DNA of 64,000 bases, taken from the IMG/VR virus record IMGVR_UViG_3300026198_000079; one strand, written 5' to 3'. Shown piece by piece: positions 9,114 through 19,363 of this stretch. Each line of letters begins with the position of its first letter. The stretch's first letter is position 1. Under the pieces are notes generated by a model. The model did not search any database. It was given only the letters and a program-made list of their open reading frames with translations, and was not told the DNA's origin. Source of the DNA: an uncultured virus (IMG/VR IMGVR_UViG_3300026198_000079). Taxonomy: Duplodnaviria > Heunggongvirae > Uroviricota > Caudoviricetes. The position numbers and the translations under genes are program-made.

Positions 9114-11585
9114 TCAGACCTGTTTCGGCAGCCACTCCCACAGCCGCAGATCCTCCTGCCCAAGGGACCACATACACATTCCCCGGAGATTCCACCGATA
9201 AGCCGCCTCGTTCGCCCAATAGATGAGGGAGTCCACGTCTTGGTAGTAGAGGATGGAGAAGCCGTCCGCGTCACCGAGGAACAGGCGGGATATCCAGATG
9301 TTGATGTCCACGGGGATGACCGTTGCCTGATAGTCGTTGCCGCAGGAAAGCGAAGTCATATCATCCGAATGGGAAAAGTCGTAGTCCATCGAGATGTCCT
9401 CGCTCCGAGTGCTTGATTCCTCCACATCGGCAGTCAGCGTGAATACTTGGAACTCGCTGTCCCATGTGCAGTTGCTCCTGCTGATGCGGCCGTAGGATTT
9501 TGTCGTTCCGTCTGGCATCACCACATCGAACCGCTCATACGGCTCGTATGTCCAGGCGTCACCCAGGCGCATCAGTTCGCATACCGTCCGATTGTCGGAG
9601 CGGTACCCGGCATAGCCGCCGGAGAAGCCGCTGACCGTTGCCGTAAACCGCAGCGTATAGGAGGAGCCGGAATACACGCGCACCCTGTTTCCACGGATAC
9701 GCATCTCAACCGTGTACATATTCGGATCGTCACGAAGGTCTGTGGTCGGCGTCCTCGTGATCTCCTGACTGTAGCTGCCGAGGAGCGTGGAGCCGTTGTA
9801 AAGTTCCACCGCCTGACTATTGTAATTCAGACAGCAGAACAGATCACCGCAGAATATGCCTGCCTTGCCGCTGCCGCTTGCCGGGAATGCCAGCCTTGCC
9901 CGGAGGTGGATATCCGAAAAGCCGTCATACTTCCATGCAAGCTGACCGCTGCCGTCAAGCTGGGAGTAGACGCGCTCCGTGGAGTATTCATCTGACCGCC
10001 ACACGGTAAAGGAACCTGACAGCACCGTCCAGTAGTTTGTCTCCAACACGCCGTAGTCACGGAAGTCCTCGTACCAGATAAGAGCCGAGTCCGGCTTTCT
10101 TCGGAGCATTTCCAAGGTGAGACGGAAACCACGGTCGGGACCGACCATGTTGCCCTCCACATCCTTGAACTGCCGTGGGGAAAAAGAATAGGTCGCTTCT
10201 CCTGCGGACGGCTCTTCCGAAAAGGACGAGCAAACGCGGAAACCGTAAAACTGTACGCCCTTCACATCGACTGAAATCTTTATGGTATGCGTTCCTGCGG
10301 AAAGGCTCACGCCGCTTGCAAGCGCAGTCCAGAAGGTAGTCCTCCAGTACGGCCACCACAGGCGGCTCTCCGTAAAGTGCGTAGTCGTTCCGTCCAGCGA
10401 CACATAGATGCCGTTCTTGTCCCAGAAGGGATAACAGAGCCGCACCGCTACATCGTAGGTTCCCGCCGTGCTGACGGTAAATTGGTAAGTGACCGCTCCT
10501 TCATCACCAAGTGTGGCGACACCGTTCTCGATGGATACGATGCCGGATGCGCTGGCGTAGTTGGCGCCGTCATGGTCAACGATGATGTTTTCAAACTCCG
10601 TTTTCTGCTGCTTGCTGTATGCGGTCAGATAGTGCCTGCCATTGTATGTCCCGGACATCTGCGGGTACTCGTAGCTGTCGGCGTCCCGTCCTTCCATGTA
10701 GTCGTACACATGAGGGAGCGCCCACGGCACCTTGTTGTTATCGTCCCAATATCCCACGAATGGGATGAACGGTTGCGGCGGCTGATCGTCCGTGAAGTTA
10801 TACACACCCTTCAGCCAGTTCTGCGCCGCATAGTAGGTCTGTGATGTACCGCGATAGGTCTTTCCGATATTGGACGGCAGGTCGTAGATCTGCCAGTTCC
10901 AGCCGTAGGCGGGCATACCGAGGAACACCTTCTCCGTGTCCATGACCTCGGAGGCATAATCGTAGATACCCTCAAGCCAGGAACGCGGGGACACCGGTCC
11001 CGGCGCTGAGCCTGCCCATGCCATGCCGTAGCTCATGATAGACGCGGTATCGCAGTAATTGTTGAGGTCGGCATATACGCACCAGTTCTCACCGCCGACC
11101 GAGCCGTTGACCGAAGTCATACCCGGCAGGCAGATATTCATCATCTTGGAAGAATCGTAATTCTTGACCGTGTTGTAGATATTGCGGAACATCGCCGTGG
11201 ACGCTTCATGCGTGGAATAGCCATCGCCTTTTTCGAGGTCGATGTCGATGCCGTCACACCACGGATATTTCTGCATGATGCGGACAAGTTCCGAGAGGAA
11301 CATATCCTGCGCTCCGTTCGTGTTGTCCCGCAGGGCTTTGAAGATGCTGTTCGCTCCGTCATTCGCTACGGTCAAAAGCCACTTGATATGAGGATAGCGG
11401 TTGATGTAGGTGAGCATATTGGAAATCGCCACGCCGCTCTCGTAAATCTCCCCAGTAGCCCTGACCTTGAAGGAGAAAAGTCCGATCTGGCTGATGCGGT
11501 CGCCGTAGTCACGCAGAGCGTTATACATTCTGGTGTTGCCCATGAACGTCCACACCATGATTTTCTTTCCCTTTAATGTGTCCAT
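9114..11585 (-). CDS. Glycoside hydrolase family 18 protein, tail-associated, with large beta-rich insertion
   Basis: DGIDIDLE catalytic motif, IMSYG, LGMPAYG, C-terminal GMCMWSLGQED. Confidence 0.85.
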   Translation of the reverse strand: MDTLKGKKIMVWTFMGNTRMYNALRDYGDRISQIGLFSFKVRATGEIYESGVAISNMLTYINRYPHIKWLLTVANDGANSIFKALRDNTNGAQDMFLSELVRIMQKYPWCDGIDIDLEKGDGYSTHEASTAMFRNIYNTVKNYDSSKMMNICLPGMTSVNGSVGGENWCVYADLNNYCDTASIMSYGMAWAGSAPGPVSPRSWLEGIYDYASEVMDTEKVFLGMPAYGWNWQIYDLPSNIGKTYRGTSQTYYAAQNWLKGVYNFTDDQPPQPFIPFVGYWDDNNKVPWALPHVYDYMEGRDADSYEYPQMSGTYNGRHYLTAYSKQQKTEFENIIVDHDGANYASASGIVSIENGVATLGDEGAVTYQFTVSTAGTYDVAVRLCYPFWDKNGIYVSLDGTTTHFTESRLWWPYWRTTFWTALASGVSLSAGTHTIKISVDVKGVQFYGFRVCSSFSEEPSAGEATYSFSPRQFKDVEGNMVGPDRGFRLTLEMLRRKPDSALIWYEDFRDYGVLETNYWTVLSGSFTVWRSDEYSTERVYSQLDGSGQLAWKYDGFSDIHLRARLAFPASGSGKAGIFCGDLFCCLNYNSQAVELYNGSTLLGSYSQEITRTPTTDLRDDPNMYTVEMRIRGNRVRVYSGSSYTLRFTATVSGFSGGYAGYRSDNRTVCELMRLGDAWTYEPYERFDVVMPDGTTKSYGRISRSNCTWDSEFQVFTLTADVEESSTRSEDISMDYDFSHSDDMTSLSCGNDYQATVIPVDINIWISRLFLGDADGFSILYYQDVDSLIYWANEAAYRWNLRGMCMWSLGQEDLRLWEWLPKQV

Positions 11586-12148
11586 CAGAGCAGTTCACCT
11601 CCATTGTCCATTTCCTGCATCGAATATAAAAGCTGTGCAGACTTTCCCTGCGGCAGGGAGACTATATGCTTGGAATCCCACGCCGCGCTGTACTGGAAGA
11701 ATCCGTACTTTGTTTCCGCGCTGCCGTTCCTCTTGCATTCCCGCGTGGATGCCAGCAGAGCCAAATCGTCCCCGGCATACATGGCGTTCGGGAAGGTCGC
11801 TTTCTGACCGCCGGCACCCTGCGCCAGCGTGACCGAGCCGCCCTCCATGTCCTGTTTCGGATAGAGGTGGATGTCAAGCCCCGCCGATGTTCCGCCGAGG
11901 TTCAAAAGGATCACTGTCTCTTCCGAGCGGACGATGCCGTTGAACCACACGGGATCATTCTCCGATTCCTTGAGAAACCCTTTCGTGTGAGGCGTATATC
12001 CCGACAGCATATCGCCCTCCTGGAGCATAAGATCAGTAAACCAGATATCGCCCTCGCAGTCTGTGACAATCGGACGGACGGTGATATTGACCACACGCTT
12101 ATCCTCTTTTTTGGAAATAACCTCTACAAAGCGTTCAAAATCAGCCAT
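11585..12148 (-). CDS. Tail-associated hypothetical protein
   Basis: Position in the tail operon; N-terminus paralogous to 12149..12343. Confidence 0.7.
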   Translation of the reverse strand: MADFERFVEVISKKEDKRVVNITVRPIVTDCEGDIWFTDLMLQEGDMLSGYTPHTKGFLKESENDPVWFNGIVRSEETVILLNLGGTSAGLDIHLYPKQDMEGGSVTLAQGAGGQKATFPNAMYAGDDLALLASTRECKRNGSAETKYGFFQYSAAWDSKHIVSLPQGKSAQLLYSMQEMDNGGELL

Positions 12149-12343
12149 TTAATCACCGTCCTGTGTCCACTCTATCTCGCTCACATGACCGACCCAGCCG
12201 GAGGCAAGGGAGCCGTCCTGCAAATTCATATCCGTGATGTATACCGTCCCCGTGCAGTCATTCACAAATATTCTGACCGTAATCTTTGCGACCCTGCCAT
12301 ACTGTGGGCTTACCGTGCCATGCACATGAGTAAAACTTGCCAT
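12149..12343 (-). CDS. Small tail-associated protein (half of a CBM-like beta-sandwich)
   Basis: 64 aa, GGAGG RBS, GTVYITDMNLQDG. Confidence 0.7.
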   Translation of the reverse strand: MASFTHVHGTVSPQYGRVAKITVRIFVNDCTGTVYITDMNLQDGSLASGWVGHVSEIEWTQDGD

Positions 12344-12347
12344 AGCG

Positions 12348-14891
12348 TCACACCTCCGTATCTGAGGAGGATATGAGGTCTATCGTCCTCGTTTCCGTGC
12401 TGCCGTCCTCGTACTCGATCACGATCTCCACGCCGACCTGTCCGCTGCTGCCGAGACTGAGGTTCTCCGTAGCGATCTGAGCCGAGAAAGTATAGCTGTC
12501 ACGGTTGGAGGGAGTGACAGTCTGCTCCATGTACTTGGTGGCGTTGTACGCGCCCTCGCACTTGAAGGAGGCCGTGCCTGTCACGCCGTTATCTCCATCC
12601 ACCGAAAAGCCGGAATTCGTCCAATAGGCAAAGCCATCATCGCCACGGGAGTTTTTCAGATGGTTGAACGGCACGAAGTTCTGCAGCTGCTGGTTGTCGA
12701 TGTAGTTTGCACCCTCAAGGACATCTGCGGCGGCGTCCCACTGAGACGTGGAATCGCCAAGTTCACGGAGCGTTGTGGAAAGTTCCAGTACCGTGTTCCA
12801 GGGTTCCTGCAGGTTATACTCCCGGCGGACGATCCTTGTCTTGATGGAAAGGTCTAAATCCTCATCCACCACCATGACCGTATCACCAAGGTTCCATGCC
12901 TCATGCTCGTAGCCCGTCAGCACGGTCAAGTCCATTGCTTTCAGCACATAGGAAATTCGCGGCGCCGCATAGTCCGCAAGGCGCATATTGGCAAACTCCA
13001 GCATCTGATAAGGGTTCGTGAAATTCGAGCAGTCCAGCGTCTTGATGCGCACCTCACTCGTATAGGTAAAGTCCTCCACATAGGGCTTTCCGTCATTGAT
13101 ATTGGCAAAGGTTATGCCGTCCGCACCGACAGCATAGAGCCTTGTGATAAGGCTCGTGGTGTCGATCACCCTCTGGATGGATTTCATGTTCTTCCTGTAG
13201 CAAAACAATGCCCCGGAGTCTGTGCCGGAGAAGGTCAGAAGGTTCACCAGCTTGTTGGCGTTATCAAAGATCAGGTCGCCGCCGTGGATGTTCTGCACAT
13301 GGCGGAGAATAGAGAGCGCGTTATTCTCGGTCGATGTCCATGTCCTCTTGGTGCTGACGTTCACCACGCCGACTTCCCATTCCGTACCCTGCAGTGCATA
13401 CGCCATCGGAACATCAGCGGTATCCGCCGTGAAGGTGTTCTCTTCCTTCTTGGCGGAGAAGGACAGGTCATAAAACGCCGCCTCCGCATACACGGAAGTG
13501 ATCGCCTTGCCGCTCTCGTCCTTATCATCGGTTACGGTACGGATGCGATAGGTATCGGATACGATGCGCACCTGCTTTTCGTTCTCCACATACTCACGCT
13601 TGCTGTCCTTGAAGGGCAGCTTGAATTCCAGCGTATCGATGCCGTTGATCTCGCTGGTGACAATGATGTCGTAGGCGTTCTCAAGCACAGCCTCTGCGGT
13701 ATCATCATCTCCAAGGATAACGGGACGTGCATAGCCAAGCTGCGAATACAGCGGTTTCGGATTGTCATACAGGCTTATTGCCGTCAGCACCGGTGTCCTC
13801 GCCGTATTCGTGGTGGAAAGTGTGATGCGGTACCGAATGTACTTCTTTGACGGAGACTGCAATGCTCCGCCCGTACCAATGGAAATCCAGTCCGTCCAGG
13901 TGGCGAGGTCATCCGATGTCGATGTCTCGACCAGCGAAACGGATGTCACGCCCGGAGACGTCTCCGCCTTGACAGAAACCCTGCTCGTGCCTGTTATCCC
14001 GCACTCCGTGGCGGCTGTGATTAGCACACCGCTTTCGGGATAGACGCCGCCCGTTGCTTTGAGCGTGACCGAATCTTCTGTGGTCAGACCGTCCACATCA
14101 GAATCCGTGTCCGCACCATTGGCAGAAAGGGATTTCAAAAACCACTCGGCGATATCGTCAGTGGTCAGATCCGAATTGCAGTCCAGGAACCAGTCGTCAA
14201 AGCCGCCTGCGTACCAGTAGGAACTGTTCAGCATTCCCCATATAAGGTCTGCCGTACAAGAACGGTTCAGTTCACCCGTGAAGGTCAATGCGGATGATTT
14301 CCACACCGCGCCGCTTTCCCTGCTGCCGAGTACATACCAGGCTCTCTTGCTATCCGGCTCAATCACAGCCGCGATGAAGTACCACTTGGCATTTTCCAGA
14401 TTGAACGATGGAGTGACCGACGTATCTAATATCAGAGAGCCGGAAGAATTGTAGAGCATCAGTCTCGGCTTTCCACGGATAAGGGACAGGTAAAAGATCG
14501 GATTGCCCGTTCCCGCTCTCGTGGATAAGAGCGGCGTGTATGTGTTGCCCACGGAATAAGTGGTGGGCTTCATCCAGCCGCCGACCACGATCCTCTCACC
14601 GATATCCGAGAACATCGTGCCGTCATTGGATACACGCAGATAGGTCTGCTCCGAGGACGGATTGTTGATGTTCATTTGAAAGTAATTACCGAGATGCCCT
14701 GTCTTAAAATCGGCAGTCGTACCGCTCCACTTGTTAATATAGGCGTCGCGTCCGTTCCCGGAGGAGTCCGCCGTGCAGGTGTTCGCATCCGGTTCAGATT
14801 CATTGAAGCGCCACAGTCCGTCCTTTCCCCACGATGTGGGGAATTGCCCGGTAAAGGCATCCTGCGTGTTCATCGTATTTTTTAAAGCCAT
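12348..14891 (-). CDS. Tail spike/Tal-like minor structural protein with N-terminal LamG-like domain
   Basis: LWRFNE...GGFDDW LamG-like region; EINGIDTLEF...KNMKSI...TRLYAVG...LGDTV prophage tail-protein pattern. Confidence 0.8.
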   Translation of the reverse strand: MALKNTMNTQDAFTGQFPTSWGKDGLWRFNESEPDANTCTADSSGNGRDAYINKWSGTTADFKTGHLGNYFQMNINNPSSEQTYLRVSNDGTMFSDIGERIVVGGWMKPTTYSVGNTYTPLLSTRAGTGNPIFYLSLIRGKPRLMLYNSSGSLILDTSVTPSFNLENAKWYFIAAVIEPDSKRAWYVLGSRESGAVWKSSALTFTGELNRSCTADLIWGMLNSSYWYAGGFDDWFLDCNSDLTTDDIAEWFLKSLSANGADTDSDVDGLTTEDSVTLKATGGVYPESGVLITAATECGITGTSRVSVKAETSPGVTSVSLVETSTSDDLATWTDWISIGTGGALQSPSKKYIRYRITLSTTNTARTPVLTAISLYDNPKPLYSQLGYARPVILGDDDTAEAVLENAYDIIVTSEINGIDTLEFKLPFKDSKREYVENEKQVRIVSDTYRIRTVTDDKDESGKAITSVYAEAAFYDLSFSAKKEENTFTADTADVPMAYALQGTEWEVGVVNVSTKRTWTSTENNALSILRHVQNIHGGDLIFDNANKLVNLLTFSGTDSGALFCYRKNMKSIQRVIDTTSLITRLYAVGADGITFANINDGKPYVEDFTYTSEVRIKTLDCSNFTNPYQMLEFANMRLADYAAPRISYVLKAMDLTVLTGYEHEAWNLGDTVMVVDEDLDLSIKTRIVRREYNLQEPWNTVLELSTTLRELGDSTSQWDAAADVLEGANYIDNQQLQNFVPFNHLKNSRGDDGFAYWTNSGFSVDGDNGVTGTASFKCEGAYNATKYMEQTVTPSNRDSYTFSAQIATENLSLGSSGQVGVEIVIEYEDGSTETRTIDLISSSDTEV

Positions 14892-14897
14892 ACAAAA

Positions 14898-15677
14898 TCA
14901 CCTCCAGCGGCTCCTCGCCGATATTTGAAGTTCCGTAAAGGTCACCGTACTGCCGGAAACAGCCACCGTGACCGTATTTTCTCCCACGTCCAAAGCAGGA
15001 AAATTAAGTTCCGACAAAAGCGGCAGACCATTTCGGAGCGTATCGCCGTTTGTGTCTACTACCTTTGCCGTCATGAGAGCCGAGTCGATGACCAGCGTTT
15101 CTCCGGCAGAAAGTTTCCCTACGATCTTCAACTCGCTGTCATTCGTGGTTATCGTGATGTATGTGTCCGTGCCGGAGGGGATCACTCCCGTCAGCGAGTA
15201 TACCGGCAGGGAGTAAGCGTTCCCAAGGGAGCGGGAAACCGTATGCGTTCCCACGCTCCCGATATCGTATGCCTCGTCCGTGGCTGCATAGGCGTATGGA
15301 TCGGGACATAGGAAGGTCAGGTCAAAGGTGCAGGAATTCCTCACCGCCTTGTCGAAGGAGAAGCCCTCGTTCAGCCTTGCGGAATACACTCGCCCCGGCT
15401 CCTTGTCAAGGACAAGCGGGCACAGCCCACTGTCCGGGTTCAGCCACGCTATGATATCGTCCTTCAGCGAGAGGAAGTCCTCATCGCTTTTCCCCGGAGG
15501 GATAAAGCAGGAAATCTGTATCTTCCTCTCGCCGATGGTTTCCCCGAAGTCGAAAACGCCCTCATGCCCCGGCATGGTGATGGTATTGTTACGTAAGTCC
15601 GGCATACGGTTTTCAGTTGTAATCCTTGTGGCGATCCCCATAGACCGGGAAGTCGTACCGTTAAATGAAAATCCCAT
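14898..15677 (-). CDS. Distal tail (Dit) protein
   Basis: MGFSFNG start, FLCPDPYAY, follows the tape measure gene. Confidence 0.85.
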   Translation of the reverse strand: MGFSFNGTTSRSMGIATRITTENRMPDLRNNTITMPGHEGVFDFGETIGERKIQISCFIPPGKSDEDFLSLKDDIIAWLNPDSGLCPLVLDKEPGRVYSARLNEGFSFDKAVRNSCTFDLTFLCPDPYAYAATDEAYDIGSVGTHTVSRSLGNAYSLPVYSLTGVIPSGTDTYITITTNDSELKIVGKLSAGETLVIDSALMTAKVVDTNGDTLRNGLPLLSELNFPALDVGENTVTVAVSGSTVTFTELQISARSRWR

Positions 15678-15678
15678 A

Positions 15679-18600
15679 TTAGATATATCCTTTCGCTCGT
15701 CTGCCAGCATTTAAGAGCGTGTTCAGTTGCTGAGAAATCTTGCGAATATCATCATCGCTCCTTACGCTCATTTCCTGTATGTTGATAAGCGGCTGGTCAC
15801 CCGAAAGCGACAGAGCCGCGCCCTGCACTGCGTCCTGTATCATCGAGCGCAGGGAGGACACGCCCACCACAGCCTCGTCCCCGGCTTCTCCGCCGCCAAG
15901 GAGCGTATTTCCGCTCTGGCCAAAGATCGTAGCGTCCTTTAAGATCATGCCGCCCGACATGGCCTTCTTGTACCAGTCCACGGAGAAATGCGGAATGGAC
16001 GGCGGGTTCAGCGAGAAGCTGCCCGTTATGGAGAAATGCGGCAACTTGATCTTCGGCAGGCTCCAGCTGAAGTTGAACACACTTTTCAGCTTGTTCACGA
16101 TGCCGGAAACCGTACTCCAGATGGTATTGAACACATTGGAGATGGTGTTCTTTATGCCGTTCACGATATTGGAAACGGTACTCTTGATTGCATTGAAGCC
16201 ATTGCTGATGCCTGACTTCATGGTGTTTACCACATTCATGACCGCCGTCTTTATGCCGTTCCAAACAGAAGTGACCACGCTCTTTACGGCATTGAAAACC
16301 GTGGAGGTCGTGGTTTTGACTGCGTTCCATGCAGTGGTAATCGCGGTATGGATCGCATTCAGCACAGTCGTAATAACGGTTTTGATAGCGTTCCAGATCG
16401 TAGAGATCACCGTCTGTATGGCGTTCATCACTGTGGTAATGACGGTCTGGTAAGCCGTGAAATATGCGGTCACGGCAGTCTTGATTGCATTCCATATTGT
16501 TTCAAAGAAGGTTTTTATCCCGTTCCATATGGAAGTGAAGAAGTTGCTGCTTGCCGTAAATACCGTGGTTGCCGTATTCTGTATGCCTGTCACAATGCCT
16601 GTGAAGAAACTGCTGATGCCGTTCCAGACTCCCACAAAGAAATCCTTTATCGAAGTCCAGACCGCATCCCATGAAGTCCCGAACAGACCGAGGAATGCAT
16701 CCAGAATGCCTTTCAGCGTATTCGTAATATTGGTGAAGGTATTGCAGATGAAGTCCCAGGTAGAAGTAAATATTCCCTTGATTCCGCTTAACGCCTGGTC
16801 CCAGTCTCCCGTAAAGATACCGACAAAAATATCCACGATATTCAGTATCAGATCCATAGCGTAGGACAGGACATTCGCTATCTGCTGGAAAGCGCCCTCA
16901 AACATCGGTGCAAGGATGGAACAAAGACCATCCCATACTGCTTTGATAACTTCTCCGATATCTGAAAAACTGAATCCCAGCTCATTCAGCTTATCCACGA
17001 TGCCCTGCGTGAACGCCTTGAATTTCTCGACAAGCCCGTTCCATATCTCAGTGATGGCGTTGCGGAAATCCTCATTCGTGTTCCAAAGATAAATAAAGGC
17101 GGCTACGAGAGCGGTGATAGCAGCAATGACAAGCCCTATCGGATTTGCCGCCATCGTTGCGTTCAGCCCCATCATTGCCGTTTTGACTGTGGACATAGCA
17201 GATGTTACTTTCGGAATGATCGTCATGATCGTGCCGACCGAGGAGATGACCTTTCCCACGATAATCAGCACGGGACCGATCGCCGCCACGACAAGTGCCA
17301 CCGTTACGATAATCTTCTGCGTCCGCTCATCGAGGTTATTCAGCCAGTCCACGAAACTCTGAATGTGAGAAACGATGGACTTGATATACGGCATCAGAAT
17401 CTGACCGATAGAAATGGCAAGTCCCTCCAGGGCAGATTTCAAAAGCGTCAGCTGTCCCTGCAGGTTGTCAAGCTGTGTGTCCGCCATCTGCTGCGCCGCG
17501 CCTGCGGAATTGGTGATGGAATTCTGCAAATCATCCCAGGTATCACCCGTATTGGCGAGGAGCGCATTGACGGACGCAAGGTCGGTCTTATTGAAGATCT
17601 TACTGATGATGTTGTTTTTCTCTTCGGCGGTCATGCCGTCCATCGCCGTGTTCATGTCGCCGAGGATATCGTTCAGAGAACGCATATTTCCTTCAGCGTC
17701 ATAGACCTGCACGGACATATCGCCCACAGCGATAGCGCCGTTCTCACAGCCCTCCTGCAAGGAGAGGATGACGTTACGAAGGTGTGTGCCGCCCTCGGCT
17801 CCCTTGATACCGTTATTGGCGAGGATACCGAGCGCCGTGTTCAGTTCCGCCGTACCGCCCTTTACGCTCCTTGCTGTCGCACCAATCTTGAGGATGCCCT
17901 CACCGAGCTGCTCTACAGAGGTATTGGTGCTGGACGCGGTCTTTGCCATCTGGTCAACCATCACGTCCGCATCGGAAGTCTCCATGCCGAGAGCGGACAT
18001 GGCGTCCGTCACCATATCCGACGCCGTGGCAAGTTCCATACCGCCAGCCGCGGCAAGGTTCAGAACGGTGGGCAGTGTGTCCACCATTTCCTGTGTGTCA
18101 TATCCGGCAAGTGCGAGGTAATTTAGTGCCTCGGCGCACTCCGTAGCGGAGAATGCCGTGGTTTCACCCATCTGCTTTGCAAGGTCTGTAAGCGCGTCCA
18201 TCGTATTGACGGACTGACCGTCCACCTCGGACATGGAGTCCTTGGTGATGCCCATTGTAGCCTGCACCTGCGACATGGCAGACTCGAAGTTAGCGGCGGT
18301 TGATACTGCTGCAGTACCGAGAGCCGTGATGCCCAATGTCACGGGCATCATTTTCTTGCCAACGCCGGAAATGGTGTCGCCCACGGACTGGAGCTTTTCC
18401 CCGGCGGCGGTCAGCTTCGTCATTGCCGTGGAGGAATTATCCAGTTCTTTCTGCAGGTTCTTCAGTTCATTCTCTGTTTCTACGATTTCCCTCTGCCAAG
18501 CGTCATACTGCTGCTGCGTGACCGTGCCGTTCTTCAAGCCCTCGTCCATCTGATCCTGCACGGATTTCAGCTGCGTCAGCTTGTCCTTCGTTTCGGAGAT

Positions 18601-18792
18601 GGCGGTCTTTAAGAGCTGCTGTTTCTGCTGAAGGAGCGTTGTATTCGTAGGATCAAGCTTCAGTAATTTATTGACGTCCTTCAGCTGTGTCTGCGTGGAC
18701 TTTATCTCTTTGTTTACGCCGGACAGGGCTTTCGAGAGGCCGGTCGTATCGCCGCCGATCTCGACTGTTATGCCCTTAATTCTGTCAGCCAT
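15679..18792 (-). CDS. Tail tape measure protein (TP901 type)
   Basis: 1037 aa, IKGITVEIGGDT start, periodic W/F repeats, C-terminal LPKIKLPHF. Confidence 0.95.
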   Translation of the reverse strand: MADRIKGITVEIGGDTTGLSKALSGVNKEIKSTQTQLKDVNKLLKLDPTNTTLLQQKQQLLKTAISETKDKLTQLKSVQDQMDEGLKNGTVTQQQYDAWQREIVETENELKNLQKELDNSSTAMTKLTAAGEKLQSVGDTISGVGKKMMPVTLGITALGTAAVSTAANFESAMSQVQATMGITKDSMSEVDGQSVNTMDALTDLAKQMGETTAFSATECAEALNYLALAGYDTQEMVDTLPTVLNLAAAGGMELATASDMVTDAMSALGMETSDADVMVDQMAKTASSTNTSVEQLGEGILKIGATARSVKGGTAELNTALGILANNGIKGAEGGTHLRNVILSLQEGCENGAIAVGDMSVQVYDAEGNMRSLNDILGDMNTAMDGMTAEEKNNIISKIFNKTDLASVNALLANTGDTWDDLQNSITNSAGAAQQMADTQLDNLQGQLTLLKSALEGLAISIGQILMPYIKSIVSHIQSFVDWLNNLDERTQKIIVTVALVVAAIGPVLIIVGKVISSVGTIMTIIPKVTSAMSTVKTAMMGLNATMAANPIGLVIAAITALVAAFIYLWNTNEDFRNAITEIWNGLVEKFKAFTQGIVDKLNELGFSFSDIGEVIKAVWDGLCSILAPMFEGAFQQIANVLSYAMDLILNIVDIFVGIFTGDWDQALSGIKGIFTSTWDFICNTFTNITNTLKGILDAFLGLFGTSWDAVWTSIKDFFVGVWNGISSFFTGIVTGIQNTATTVFTASSNFFTSIWNGIKTFFETIWNAIKTAVTAYFTAYQTVITTVMNAIQTVISTIWNAIKTVITTVLNAIHTAITTAWNAVKTTTSTVFNAVKSVVTSVWNGIKTAVMNVVNTMKSGISNGFNAIKSTVSNIVNGIKNTISNVFNTIWSTVSGIVNKLKSVFNFSWSLPKIKLPHFSITGSFSLNPPSIPHFSVDWYKKAMSGGMILKDATIFGQSGNTLLGGGEAGDEAVVGVSSLRSMIQDAVQGAALSLSGDQPLINIQEMSVRSDDDIRKISQQLNTLLNAGRRAKGYI

Positions 18793-18810
18793 GCGTCCTG
18801 CCTCCCTTCG

Positions 18811-18975
18811 TTAAAATCTGTCCATCTGCTCCTGGGTAGCGACCTGCGCGTAGTCCCAGTCATCATTTGACATTTCCGCATACATATCGTTCACCGTCCC
18901 GATGGTGAGCAGATCGAGTTCCGAGATGGAAAGCCCGATCTGCACACACCGGAGCAGGAACAGCGGCGTTGTCAT
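18811..18975 (-). CDS. Tail assembly chaperone C-terminal extension (gpT-like; reached by -1 frameshift or own ATG)
   Basis: MTTPLFLLRCVQIGLS...QEQMDRF, in the -1 frame of 18972..19349. Confidence 0.75.
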   Translation of the reverse strand: MTTPLFLLRCVQIGLSISELDLLTIGTVNDMYAEMSNDDWDYAQVATQEQMDRF

Positions 18976-19349
18976 CTCCCTTTCCGTGGCGGGACGTTTT
19001 TTTTAGACTCGACCTGCTGCTGCGTGTTGATGCCCCACAGTTCGATGATCTGCGGCAGCACCTCGTAGATGGAAAAGGTGTTGAAGCCGTCCAGCCACTC
19101 TTCGGGAGAGTCAGGAACGGCGGAGTCGGCGTGCCTCGCCATGAGCCACGCGATGTTCTCGAAAAGTTCCAAAGAAAAAGTGTCGAGGTTGGATTCCCCG
19201 GCACTGTTCTCATCGATCCCTTTCTGAAGTTCGTTCAGGTCACGGTAAATGTCCCTGTGGAACTTGTTTCTGTAAAGCCGCGGGATGGCGGCAGACGCAC
19301 GGAAAGTCACGTCCTTGCCGTCAACGGCGATTGTTTTTGTTACTGCCAT
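18972..19349 (-). CDS. Tail assembly chaperone (gpG-like)
   Basis: Lies between major tail and tape measure; ends near an A8 slippery run. Confidence 0.8.
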   Translation of the reverse strand: MAVTKTIAVDGKDVTFRASAAIPRLYRNKFHRDIYRDLNELQKGIDENSAGESNLDTFSLELFENIAWLMARHADSAVPDSPEEWLDGFNTFSIYEVLPQIIELWGINTQQQVESKKNVPPRKGR

Positions 19350-19363
19350 GATTTAAGCCCTCC

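Noticed and set aside
9114..14891. Diversity-generating retroelement acting on tail genes
   Set aside because: No reverse transcriptase and no TR/VR repeat pair found
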